A stretch of DNA of 64,000 nt. It comes from Podarcis gaigeae. Its lineage: Eukaryota. Under the pieces are notes generated by a model. That model was not told where the DNA came from. It did not search any database and worked only from the letters and a program-made list of their open reading frames with translations. The stretch lies in the NCBI GenBank assembly GCA_964106915.2, contig OZ066923.1. One strand, written 5' to 3'. Within the stretch, counting starts at the first letter, position 1. Each line of letters starts with the position of its first letter. The translations under genes were made by a program, and so were the position numbers. This document shows positions 1-12,055 of this stretch, in pieces.

Positions 1-1296
1 TGCCCGCCTCCTGTCCCCCAGAAACAGTACTTCTGTCTTGTCAGGATTCAACCTCAATCTGTTAGCCGCCATCCATCCTCCAACCGATTCTATGATTGCA
101 GCAGCCAAAAAAAGCATTGCTGCGGTAACAGGAATCACTCCTGATTATATCCACTGTCACACAGTTTGTGCACAATGTGAACGAATGCAAAATGTTACCT
201 ATTTTCATTTCCCTGCTTGTGTTCTAAGAATGCATGTTGAAACAAACAAATACACAAAAATACAGGCACATACCCTTTTTTAAATGTCAGAAGTAACATT
301 ACATTACTGTGTAGCAATACAATTTCATGTGGCTTCATCTAGGCCGTTTATGTTCCTGACTTGGAGGCCCTTATATGTTACCAGAACAGCATGGGAGCCC
401 AGAACCATGTGAGCAAAGCTAACTGTGTTTGCTATTCCCATCCGATGTTTCCCTGTACAGCATAGTACAGGTCACAGGCTTTCAAACATTATCTGCAGCT
501 CATTGGTAGAACACATGTTTCGTATGCAAAGGTTCTAGGTTAAACCCCTGGCTTCTCTGGTGAAAACTTATGTGTAAAACTCTGGAGAGCTGTTGCCAGT
601 CAGTGCAGACAATGATGAGCAAAATGATCTGACATGGTGTAAAGGAGTTTCCTATGTCCATGTGTTCCGAAGCAGTTCCCATGTTGCTGATGTAGCATAC
701 AGAGGGATGCAGAGTCAGACACAAATGGCTGAGAAATCTGAGAGCCCAGCCAGATGTGTCTGGAAGAGCACAAACCTGTCCAGTTTGGACCTGGCCATGG
801 GGAAGAAATGCAGCTGTTGGGCTTTGCAGCTGGCTGGGAATAGTTGCTATGATGTTTCTAGTTGTCAGAAGCAGCTTTCAGGACCTTGGCATGAGTAAAA
901 ATAGCAGCTGAGGTAAATCGCATACAAAGTTTTCATAGGGTAGGGGCATATTGTGACATCAGTAAGAAGTTTCTTCATCAGATACCACATAGTCAATCAA
1001 ACACTGTATGGGAGTAGATCTTGTTGTGCTAATTCAATGCTAAGCACAAACTAAACTAAATTATTAGGATGAGGATATATGGCTGTTCCCTGTGTGAAGA
1101 CAGATCCAGGCTAGAATTCATGCAGGACAAATGAATGTGTTTGCATCTATGTTGAGCAAAGGGCATGTGACAGAGCACATGTTTTGCATGCAGAAAATCT
1201 CAGGTGCAGTTCCTGGCATGTCCACTAAAAATCTCGCATAGTAGACCTGGGCAAAACAACTGCTAGACCTTTGAAAGTCACCTTCAATCAGAATTA

Positions 1297-1432
1297 AAAA
1301 AGGTAAAGGACCCCTGGACAGTTAAGTCCAGTCAAAGGCGACTATGGACTGTGGCGCTCATCTCGCATCAGGCCGAAGGAGCAGGCGTTTCCAAGTCATG
1401 TGGCCAGCATGACTAAACTGCTTCTGGCGCCA
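1297..1432 (-). mobile_element. Sauria (Squam1-type) SINE, 3' fragment, apparently nested in an older tRNA-derived SINE
   Basis: aaaggtaaaggacccctggacagttaagtccagtc... is the reverse complement of the family's (ACCTTT)n tail region. Matches the copies at 16.4, 21.0 and 45.0 kb. Confidence 0.8.
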
Positions 1433-1563
1433 CAGGGTTCCGTTGCACCACTATACAATCAGAGTGCACAGTAGTGGGCTAGGCAGACTGGTAGACTCTT
1501 GGGCTAAGCTGGTGTGTTGAACACATTGGCCCACTTGTCAGTTTTTTATGGTTTTTTTTGCAG

Positions 1564-1639
1564 GGTGAAAATGTACGATTACCAAGCCATGTGTAAAATG
1601 CCCCACCACCACCATAGTGGTGCACGCCCTCTTCTCAGT
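1564..1639 (+). CDS. CACNA2D4: CACNA2D4 (alpha2delta-4) internal coding exon: (x)[25 protein letters not shown]
   Basis: Acceptor tttttttgcag| and donor |gtaagt. The peptide matches human alpha2delta-4 [25 protein letters not shown] as I recall it. 76 nt, phase 2 to 0. Upstream exons lie outside the window. Confidence 0.95.
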
Positions 1640-4600
1640 GTAAGTATCTGTAAGCGTTTCTACATAATACATAAAACACGGAATAAAATATATTAGAGCA
1701 GCATTGGTCCAGTTCTTTAAGTCATTCTGCTCCAGGGTGAGACCATCCCATGCCTCACCATGGTTGCCAGGCCTGGGGTGCAGCAGAGAGTGGTGTGAGG
1801 GCAGAAGTGCCTTTGCTTCCCCTGCTGATTACACTGAGGGCGGAATCATGCTTATCATCCTTGTCTTTGCTACAAGCCTGATTGCTTTTCCTGTGCTCTT
1901 ATTTGAGGACTATGCAAGGACAGAAGAAGAAGCCAAGGCACGTCTTCCCTCATGTCCTCTTCTCCATGTACTCTGATTGTGGGGGCTGGACACAATTACG
2001 TCACTTATCTGATGACGCCAGTGAAGGCAGACTGGGAAGGGGATTTTAATTGTTTATTACAGGACAGGAGATTTCCTGGTTTTTCACTAATATCTTTCTG
2101 CTGGTGTCACAACAAAGATGATGATTAAAACCCTTTTGGTGGTCATTTTTTAAAACATCCAAGTCCAGAGTGCTGCTATTCTGTGAGAAGGGACACTCAA
2201 GGTTTCACAAAAGAGCTGCACACTACAGGGAAACAGTAGATTCCCAGTGCCACTTTTTGTCCTTCACCTACAGCCTATGTGCTCAGAAAAATGTGGCACT
2301 TGCATAGTGAGAATATATTTCTGATCCAGCAACCAATTAGCTGTCTCCAATTTTCCTTTCCCAAAGTAAGTAATTTCCACTCTGTTTCACACATGCATTT
2401 AGCCGGAGTCAGCAGACCAAGCAAAACAATTCCAAAATTCAATGGGGAAAGGCACAGGTAAAAATTGACCCATCATTCTGCAATCGATCCTGGGATCTGT
2501 TTCATGCTACATGTATTGACCAAATAGCAGTACATGTGTATTAATTTGGAAAAGATGGAAGATACCAGAGACAATGCATTCTAGGGATGGAAAGTTGCTG
2601 AACTTTTCCTTCCTTTTCTCCCCCCTCCCCCCATCTCAATTTATGCCTGCTGCATCTTTCACCAGTAATCAAAATGAACTCTGAATTAATCCTGCATTGG
2701 AGCACTCTGGGGCCAATTTTGGCTATATGAAATTGTTGCTATCTACTAGTTCTGTGCCAGGAAAGTTTCAGGTTGTGGCACCCTTAATTGATCAGAATAG
2801 GATTTGTTTGTTAGAGTTGGATTAACTAAGTAGTTGTATCTGGCATTACATAATTAAATTTGCATTAACTAAATAGGGAAACACTCACTAATTACAGTTG
2901 GACTGTTACTGCAAATCAAAAGGCTTTTTATCACCCATGTTAGCTCTAGTCCTTTAGGAGATTTAGCCTTGTCCTTTGAAGGAGAGATGGGTGGCTATGT
3001 GAAAATGTAGTGCTTTTCTAGCTTTGAGTAAAAACAATAAGCTCACCACAGGTCCTGAACCTGGCGCCTTGAATATGGTAGGCAGTGGTTTAGCTTGTCA
3101 CCAGCAAGTAAAACTAAGAAACCCAGTAAAGGCAAGCCTTTCTTAAACATCAAAATGTCAGAATTGATCATATGGCAAAGCCTAAAGGCTTCTTCAGACA
3201 TCTTTTTTATTGTGCATCCAGAATTATTTCTGCTTCTCATTGTATTGGGGTGGTGATATGCACGATACCATTTACAATACTGTTTGTGGTAAAAGTTTTG
3301 GGATGGACATACTTCTTCATTCCCTGTTGGTGCATGTCCCATAGTTTCCTATTGAAATTCTGTAACTTTTTAATAATACAGTACAAGTGTTCCGGGGGTG
3401 TCTCGCTTTTGCTGCACTATAGTGCAAGAGTGCTCATCCAGATAGCTGTAATGTTTGGTAATGCTGGGGAAGTATTAGAGAACAAGTAATAAAGCAGAAT
3501 GATGTGTAGATGGTCCAGTATAAACCCACCACTAATGCAGTATTACTGTGTCAATGGCATAGTACAGAATATAGCCCCCCCCCAAAAAACCCCACCCATC
3601 TGGAGGGGTCCTACTACTTATTAAAGTTTCCTGGAGAGGCTTGTGTCTGGTTAGAGCAGCAAAATGCTTGACCTTGGTTCCTGCTAAGGTTCATCTAGCC
3701 CATCCTTGCTCTTCTGATCTTGCCACCTGACAAGCACTTGGCCAAAGGGATCTTAAAATGCTGCAGAAAACCCTCCAAATTCTAAAACCAAAACATTCAA
3801 GTTGAGCTTTTACAATAAAACTATGCAAATGAGGCATACCTAATTTGGTTGAGTAACTCATCGTTTCTTTTAAAATTATGTTTTGGTACCTTTTTGTCAA
3901 AAGACAAGGATATCAGTCCAATAGCTTTCATCATTAATTCATTCATCGTTTTATGAATCTCACTCTATCATGTCTGTTTGTTTATATAACTTTAATGAGG
4001 TGCTTTAAGAAATGTTTTGAATGTTGCTTTGAGCATGTACAAAAGCATGGAAATTAACTCATAAATCATATAAATAAACAAATTGTGAGGAGAGCTGGAG
4101 ATGAGCAGACATTTAAAAAGGGGGGGGGGAGTTGGAGTGATGGTCAAGAGAAGAAACTGGAAATATAACAGCTAAAATCCCATGTCTTCTCCAGTCCAAT
4201 ATCTGGAGGGCCACAGGTTCCCTCTCCCTGCTGTTTGGAAACTAGCTCGCCTGACAGAATGAAACAAAAAAGTAATCCCTGGAAATGTCACCATTGTTGT
4301 TTATAAGAAGAAAGCACTAATGGAGAGAACAAAAAATACAGACTGAACCTTTGACCTTATTAGGTTTCTACTCAGATATAGCTTTGAGTTCATACAACAC
4401 TGTAGTTGAGAATGATATTAGAATTAAGATATACAAATATACCTCACATGTCATATTCCCACAAAAGAAAAATAATACCTTTGCTCCAAAGCAGAGTTGC
4501 CTAAATCCTTCAGATGAGACTATCCACATTTTCAGCATGATCATGAGGACTAGAAATCCCCTAATATTAAAATTGTTCTGTATTGTGTAGCACCTACCAG

Positions 4601-5015
4601 TTTATATGCTAGAGGCCTTGTTGCATTAGGCACGCCTACTAACAAGGTTTGTGTGGTGTTTTGCTTTTGCTTACAGTTTGAAGTGGAAACACAATTTATT
4701 TTCCACCGTTAGAACAAAAATGTTTTCTAAAGTTTTAGTTGCACAAATAGCTTTAGCTCTTTCTTTCTACGAGCTATTTAGGCTATTACGGTTGAAGAGA
4801 GCCAGTTAAGTAATTATGTCTTCAAAGACTCATGCAAATTCCTGATAAGCTTCCCGACCTTTCCAAAGATGAGGTTCAGAATTATTATTGGTAGTAGGCT
4901 GACTTGTATGCATATTGCTGCTTCTTAGAATCTGCCTCCTAATTTGTAGATTGGCTTCTGGAATTGTGGGCTCTGTAAAATACTCCTCTTCTTTGGCTTT
5001 CTTCTTTTTCAACAG

Positions 5016-5068
5016 CCAGTTTATGCCTTATTGGGAGCACTAAAGTGGCTGATAACTGACTTCCTCAT
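5016..5068 (+). CDS. CACNA2D4: CACNA2D4 coding exon: PVYALLGALKWLITDFL(I)
   Basis: Pyrimidine tract then aacag|, donor |gtgagt. 53 nt, phase 0 to 2, in frame with neighbours. Corresponds to human PISAFLTATRWLLQELVL. Confidence 0.9.
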
Positions 5069-5845
5069 GTGAGTACAAACATTTTGGAGTTCTGGAGGGA
5101 AATATCATTAGAAGTAGAAACTATAACTGCAAGCTTTAGTAAATTTACATCAGTGTATTAATCAACTAATGCTTGTGTTCGTTAATAGGTATGAGGAAAT
5201 TTAAATTGGTGGGGCTTGATGTTACTGGCACAAACATGTTTTAAAATTCCGGTATGTGACTATAATAGCGAATAAACAAGAAAATATTCAAAACAGTCCT
5301 GAAGCAATTGACAGTCCTAACTTTTAGAAGCAGAAGCTGGGAAAGTTGCAGTCGCTATATAGATAGTCCTGTTATTCCAAAATGTAGAATTGAGATACAT
5401 CAATGGATTTCCAGTTCCATGAAACTTAGGACACACCCGTTTCTACAGGCAGGCTACTTACATACTACATTTTATTCTAAAATCAATGGAGAATGAGTAC
5501 TTGTTTTTTCTATGTAGTCCGCACACAATATGGACCATGTATTGCATACTTCTGGCCCCTGAAAAGCACTTATTGAGAAACCAGTTTCATTCAGAAAATA
5601 AAAGTTCCTTGCATATTGATTCTGCATTACCCCACAGTGTGCCCATTTGAAAACAGATGGTGGTGTGTGCATGTATGTGTATGCACATATTTCCAATGAT
5701 GTTGTGACTGGAGGTATACCAAAATCGCAATCACTGCTTCTTCATTCATCTGGGACATATGCAGGGAGGAAAGGGCATGGAGGGTTTTCAGATGTGTACC
5801 AAGTAACCATATCTACCCTTGTGGGCAGCAGGAAATTAAATCAAT

Positions 5846-5995
5846 CTAGAATCATAGAAATGTAGGGTTGAAAGGAACCACGAGGATCATCTAGTCCAAC
5901 CCCCTACAGTGCTGGAATCTTTTGCCTAACATGGAGCCTGATCCCACAACCCTGAGATTAAGAATCTCATGCTCTACTGACTGAGCTATCCCAGG
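5846..5995 (-). mobile_element. tRNA-Lys(CTT)-derived SINE with CR1 3' tail
   Basis: The reverse complement of 5924-5995 is a degenerate tRNA-Lys(CTT) (tagctcagtcagtagagcatgagattcttaatctcagggttgtggga...). 5846-5920 is a CR1 3' end (ggactagatgatcctcg...ttctatgattcta). Confidence 0.8.
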
Positions 5996-6481
5996 TGTTG
6001 AAAGCAGCATGTTGAGCATAAGCATGAACCATTCCAGACTGAGAAAAACTGCATTTTTGTGCAGCAAATGGGTTAGTGTGTCTGCAGCCACAAACTTGTT
6101 TTAATAGTCATTCCCTCTCCCTAGGGAACTATAATTCTTTGAAAGGTTAGGGGTCATTTACAGAGTTCCCAGCAAGATAACTTCCAGAATTATTTTGGGG
6201 AGACAATACCAGTAAATCCAATACAGATTTGTGTTGTAAAAAATGGTCTTTTGTAGCAATGAGTACCAAAGCCAGTGCATCACAATGGAATAATCAGGTA
6301 AAAGGGAGATTTCGGTTCATAGGATGGAAGTGTCAGATGAGTCACATTAACAGAGACAAAATTGTGCCACTGGGCCTGTTTAATAAAACATCTGGGCCCT
6401 ATTTTAGTAAGAGAATTTCTGCATGTGAGCCTCCTTCACTTCTGGTTCAATGCTTTGTAGCACAAATACAAGAAGCACAGG

Positions 6482-6484
<3 letters not shown>

Positions 6485-6521
<37 letters not shown>

Positions 6522-6524
6522 ACA
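6485..6524. repeat. (CA)n microsatellite
   Basis: Direct read of the sequence. Confidence 0.95.
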
Positions 6525-6698
6525 CCACAGAAGATGCTACCATGTTTCTGCATCTTTTTCTTGGGTGGAGTCTGCTGCTTGTGCTGACCTTGAAAATTCC
6601 CCAGTTCGAGATAAAGACTACATGAAGAAGGAGAATGGCTTGTGCATACAAGCCATGTGATTTGCAAGCATCACACACATGGGATTAGTGCATTAGAG

Positions 6699-6834
6699 CA
6701 GTGTTTCCCAACCTTGTGCCTCCAGATGTTTTTGGCCTACAACTCCCATCATCCCTAGCTAGCAAGACCAGTGGTCAGGGATGATGGGAGTTGTAGGCCA
6801 AAAACATCTGGAGGCACAAGGTTGGGAAACACTG
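6699..6834. mobile_element. hAT-type MITE, perfect foldback, 8-bp TSD CATTAGAG
   Basis: 58-bp perfect inverted arms (CAGTGTTTCCCAACC...) around a 20-nt spacer. TSDs at 6691-6698 and 6835-6842. Confidence 0.92.
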
Positions 6835-8663
6835 CATTAGAGCTCTAAGAGGAAAAATCCTGCCATCGTATGAAGCAGAGGCATTTGTGTCATGCCTTCA
6901 TTCCTGTGGTACCCAAGAGGCTTCCAGCAGCATTATCAAGTAGGCAGTTTAATTATTTGCACCTTCCAGTTGCAAAAACATGGGGAACTAATTCGTACAA
7001 AATCGTAGCAGTACAACATATATAACAGGGCCAGTAAAGGGGTCCAGAGTTCCTGATTTCAAGTGGAAGTCCATAATATGCAACCCGGCTTATTAAGGCT
7101 GTTAAGCATGGGAAAGAAGCTGCACTGGGGAGCAGGAACTCTGATGTCATAAACAGAAGAAGGCAGGCACAGGCACTTGCTTGCCCAGCAATGGTACATT
7201 TTTCCCTGGGGAAGAGTTTTTTGTGTTAGTGAGCCTAACATTAACACTTTTATGTTCTACTACGTGGATGTAAATCAACAAAGTATCTGTGAGTATCTAC
7301 ATGGATGTAAATCAACAAGTATCAGACTTACCCTTCCCTTCTCAAATTCTAATGAACTTGAATAATTTGCTCTGTTGGAAACATAAAGGGGGGACAATCC
7401 TGTTCCTATTAGGAAAATATGTTAATGGAGTAGACCTAACTTGCCATCTCTGCCAAGGTGACACATTGTGGGAGGTGGGGTTTCAGGAAGAAAGGCAGAT
7501 TCATGAATATGTTTGATATTTTATTATTAATATATTTGTTACTAACAACCTCATACCCAGCATTGCTCGGAAGTTCTCAGAAACCCCAAAAATCGGCGTC
7601 ATTTTGTGATCAGTGGCTGACACAGTGCACCTTTGAAAGGTTTGGTTTTCCATCTTGATTCAAAATGAGGCCCAATTGCATACAAACATAGGTTAAAACC
7701 TAGCCTTTGATCATGCTTAATTTGGTTATGATATATTAAGGCGTCCAAATATATAGAGAACAGGCAGCTTTCCAATATACATTGTAGATACCATGCTCCC
7801 CCTCATGTAGAACTTGGAATGGCTGTCAGCACATTAAAAAATAAATAAACACACCCAGCAAGTGGCTATTAAAAATAAACTGAACAAAAATATAGCCATG
7901 AAATACTATTAAACAACATTTAAAGGTCAGCAGCGCAGTAGAGCTTAATAAACAAGGCTTCCGCTGCTATGTTTTGTAAGCCTATAACAATAGATAATGT
8001 TTTAAGCTGCCATGTGAATAAACAGAAAGTGGAATACAACCAAACATGCAGTGGGAAGGAGTTGCATAAATGGGAAGCCACCACCAAGAAGGCTTTACTG
8101 TGTGTTGTGCCCCCCACCTTAGAAAGTACTCAATGAAGGGACTACCAGCAGCGCCTCCTTGGTAGTGAGTGGAGATCAATGATTATACTAGGCAGAGACT
8201 GAAGTGTTAGATTCAAACACCTTTGAACTTGAGACAAGGGCCATGTTCCAAGATTCTTCATAGAGATTATCTTGCTAGGCACACTCCACAGCTGTCACTG
8301 GGCACTGAATACCAGCGTCCACCGTTGCGGAGCAGATGGCTTTCAAGGTGACCGAGTATATTTCCCTCCCAGCCACAAGGAGCACAGTATTAATGACAGC
8401 CTTGCCACAGGAATTGCTAGTAATTTATTTTAGGATTAAGGCACAATTAACCATTCTGAAAAGTAAGAAAGGAAGATTTAAAGTAACTGGCTCAGGTGTG
8501 AACTAAAAAGAAACAGTAAGGCAAGTTCTAGACTGCTCCTACAGACTAAAAGCTCAGAGTAGAGCAAATCACAGGGACTGTCTGCCTGCGTAACACCTTT
8601 GCCCTTCCAGGCTAGCGTAAAATACATCTTTCTCTCTCCCCCGCCCCCCCCCTCTTTTGACAG

Positions 8664-8719
8664 ATTCTTTCTGGAGTTCAACATATCTGGCTTCTGGCAC
8701 ACAGACAATTTGGCAGATG
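8664..8719 (+). CDS. CACNA2D4: CACNA2D4 coding exon: FFLEFNISGFWHTDNLAD(A)
   Basis: cttttgacag| ... |gtgagt. 56 nt, phase 2 to 1. Corresponds to human FLLEWSVWGSWYDRGAEA. Confidence 0.9.
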
Positions 8720-9293
8720 GTGAGTATGTGGGAATGCAGCCAGCTCACAGCACACAAATTTGCAGCCACTGGGCTTGGATGAAGGAATCACACATACGAA
8801 TGCAATTTAGCACAATCCAGAGACATTGTCACCCTGTTGGCACTGAGAATCTATTCGCCAGCTTCCATTTCACCTTTATTGAGACACCCTGGACTATACT
8901 GGCAAGGTTTAATAACACTGTCAACTGTGTCGGCTCATATATGTGGTCTGTGTTGGGGTATCCCATGAGGTGGATGGAAGACTGCTAACAACTATTTGCT
9001 GAAGCAGTGGGCCAGTTCTTTCATCTACATGCACTTTTGCTTGGAACGTGCAGGGAAGGGTGTCAGTGTTAAGACCCCTAAAAGCCTGTGGTACAGTGTC
9101 TAAAACAGCAATGTGGGTAACTTGTGGTCTGTGGATCACATGCGCTCTGAGCAAGTGTTGCTTTGTCTATGAGCTCTTAAAATTACGAAACTTTATTCCT
9201 TCCATTCCAGTCCTCCGTATCTTGGAGATAATTTTTGAAACATAACAGCAATGTAAGCTAAAAGTAGAAAAACACAGGCAGTCTTTTGTGAAA

Positions 9294-9295
<2 letters not shown>

Positions 9296-9347
<52 letters not shown>
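9296..9347. repeat. (GAAA)n microsatellite
   Basis: Direct read of the sequence. Confidence 0.95.
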
Positions 9348-9976
9348 AGGAACTTTCTAAATATAATTAATTCTTAATATGTTTCATTTAAAAATAATAA
9401 TAAATGGCAGAAATCATTTCAAAAGCACAATCTCATACAGCAAATGTTACTTATGGTACTGCCTGCTAGGGTTTGGCAACAGTAATATGCTGGTTACATA
9501 CATTATGTTGCTTACACATATTTTAACCAGATAGAATAGCTGTCTCTCTCTAGTCCAGGGTGTACTAGACTTGTACTTGTACTTGTTTCTGAAAGCATTG
9601 CCTGCTCCTAAACATTTAGGAGTGTGCAGGCCAAAGCTTTCAGTGTCAAATATTCTCGTATTTTTAAGTAAATCACATTCACTTCACATAGGCTTATGTG
9701 AAGGAAAGGAGGATATAAGACAATAAAACATATTTCTCATGAAACAGCAGTTTAGTTAACTGTAAAGGCAGATGAATTTTAAGGAGTAGTCTCACACTCA
9801 TTGTTGCTATTGTGAACAATTATTTCTTCTTTTCACCACCATGTCATTCTTCCTCTTTCTTTCTTCATTTCCCATTCTTCCTATTCATGTGTCTTCACCA
9901 TGGAATTCTACCACCATCTTGTGATCATCATCATGGATTCATCTGCATCACATGTTATGCCATGCAACCTGTATAG

Positions 9977-9997
9977 CCAAGGCTGTTTTCCATCATG
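9977..9997 (+). CDS. CACNA2D4: CACNA2D4 21-nt microexon: (A)KAVFHH(A)
   Basis: gtatag|CCAAGGCTGTTTTCCATCATG|gtaagt. Symmetric phase 1-1. Matches the human AKSVFHH that would otherwise be missing between the flanking exons. Confidence 0.88.
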
Positions 9998-11542
9998 GTA
10001 AGTAGAATCATTATAGTGCAGCAAAAAGATCTCCATTTTCTGGAAACAGGAGAACACCCAAGCAGATTTGTCCAGAAAACTGGGGGCAATTCCTTTCCCA
10101 CTTCACAGCTGTTCAGGAATTAGCTGTGACTGCCTAGTTGAAAACAGAGATATCACTACTTGTTTAATTATTGGGCTACCACTCACTTTGTGATTGGCAT
10201 ACTTCACTGCAAGTTTCTGCGCTTGCTGGTCCAGCTGTAACCTTGAATATAAAGATGTACAGCAGCTCTAGGGATGTGCCAATATGTGCAAACAACAGCA
10301 GCTTGTGCAAAGCATGTGGATTCACCCATATAAGCCTTGCTGAAATGAACTAAGGTTGCATGGCAGCAGTTCTTACTGGGAAATAGGCAATGGGTGGAGA
10401 ATTCTGTTGTACACTGCTAAAGTGAATCTTATATTGATATTTGCAAATCTTGCCCTTCAATATTAATGATATTTTACAGCAAGCTTGGTCCATTATAAAG
10501 GAAGAAATTAGTATTTGAAAAGTTGCAAGGTTTATCAGCATTCCATCTTCTATTCTACCCCCTCCCCCCCCCCCATTTCATTCTCAATACATTTACACAT
10601 TATACAAATGCATAGGCCTTCCTATGGTGCTTTTAATCTACAATCTGATCTTGCTATCTGTCATACTAGGCCAGACCAATAGGTGCTGCTTCTGGAGTTG
10701 GTGCCTGATGTCTCAAATAATGCTTGGTATCCCAAGGTCTAGAGGTAGAGTAAGAACTTCAAGGAGTTCTTTCCTCTGTTCAATTGTTCATGAGTGGTAA
10801 TTGAATCAGGCCAGGCCTAAGTGTTTGCATGATAATTAGCATGCTACCAGTAAACCCAACAATAGCGGGATGATGAAGAAAGGAGGAAGGGTGGACTAGG
10901 GAGATGCCACTCGTGCAAGAGAAAAGACATGGTGGTGGTTGCATCATGCAGGAAGGGAGGCAACCTTAGTTGAGCCCCAACCAGAGCTCCCATGTACTAT
11001 GGTTGCTCTAAAAGGATCCATAATAATCAGAGGATCCAGGTCAAATATGGAGCTCAGAAAGAAACACGAGAGGACTTTCTTGCATTCTCAGTAGGTACAA
11101 AATGCAAGTAGAGATAATTATCTAGAGGTGGGCAAGAATCTATCAGAAAGAAACTTCAGCCTGTTTGCAGAATTGCATGAGGACAGGTGGTGATCACTCA
11201 ACTGGAAATCCAGCAAAACTGTATTATTCAGACAACTGCAGATAGTCAGGTTCTGATCACTAGAGCAACTTCAATAAATAAGTTCATTCACTTTTCTCAT
11301 AATTTATTTATGTTAGAGAAGCAGATATGATTACAGGTTGGCTGAATAAGCAGCTCTAGCCCTTTATTCCCCCTCCACCATTCAGACAAAGGCTGGCTGA
11401 TAAATGGCTTGTCTATAGAAATAAGAAATATGGGAACTGCCCTTATGTCAATAAGATATAGCTAACCAAGATAAATATTAAAACTCTTTGCATCGTTTAC
11501 ACCATTTGTCATCATGATTAGCTACCAGTAAACCCAACAACA

Positions 11543-11715
11543 GGGGATGGGCCATAGCTCCGTGGTGTAGCACCTGCTTTGCATGAAGAAGACACCAAGT
11601 TCAATCCTTATTTCCCAGGTAGGGCTGAAAATAGCTTCGAGCTGAAACCCTGAGGAGCTGCTGCCAATTAGTGTAGACAATACTGAGCTAGATAGTCCAG
11701 TAACTTCCCATGTTT
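11543..11715 (+). mobile_element. tRNA-derived squamate SINE (Squam3-like); related copies at ~490-665, ~1170-1290, ~55400-55485 (-) and ~60740-60850
   Basis: A-box/B-box-like head gccatagctccgtggtgtagcacctgctttgcatg...gttcaatcc and body ctgaaaccctg.ggagctgctgcca.t.agtgtagacaatactgagctagat, shared among the copies. Confidence 0.7.
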
Positions 11716-12014
11716 CAATATGTCACCAAAGCTTCAACATGTAAGAGCTGGGGCATGTGAGGGTACTTCCCAGGTCAGCTGAGCACCAGCCTGCCCTTAG
11801 TCAAGGAGAGAAAAAACCTTCTCTATGATATCCTGGCAAGAGGTAGTATTTCCTTCCCAAATTCCAAACATCAGCAGTTGCTAAAGCTCCTGTGGAGAAG
11901 AAGTTGTTAAACTGGTTGCTTGCTCATGAGTAGCCCAGCCAGTAATCAGCCAGGATGGGCTACAGGTAGGTAAGGGTGAACGGCCCTGAGACGGTGGTAT
12001 ATGAATTCAAATAA

Positions 12015-12015
<1 letters not shown>

Positions 12016-12055
<40 letters not shown>
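12016..12055. repeat. (TAGA)n microsatellite
   Basis: Direct read of the sequence. Confidence 0.95.

Noticed and set aside
5924-5995. tRNA-Lys(CTT) gene on the - strand
   Set aside because: The T-loop/B-box is degenerate (ggatcaggc instead of GTTCGAGC), the stems are mismatched, and it is fused to a CR1 tail. It is a SINE head, not a functional tRNA.
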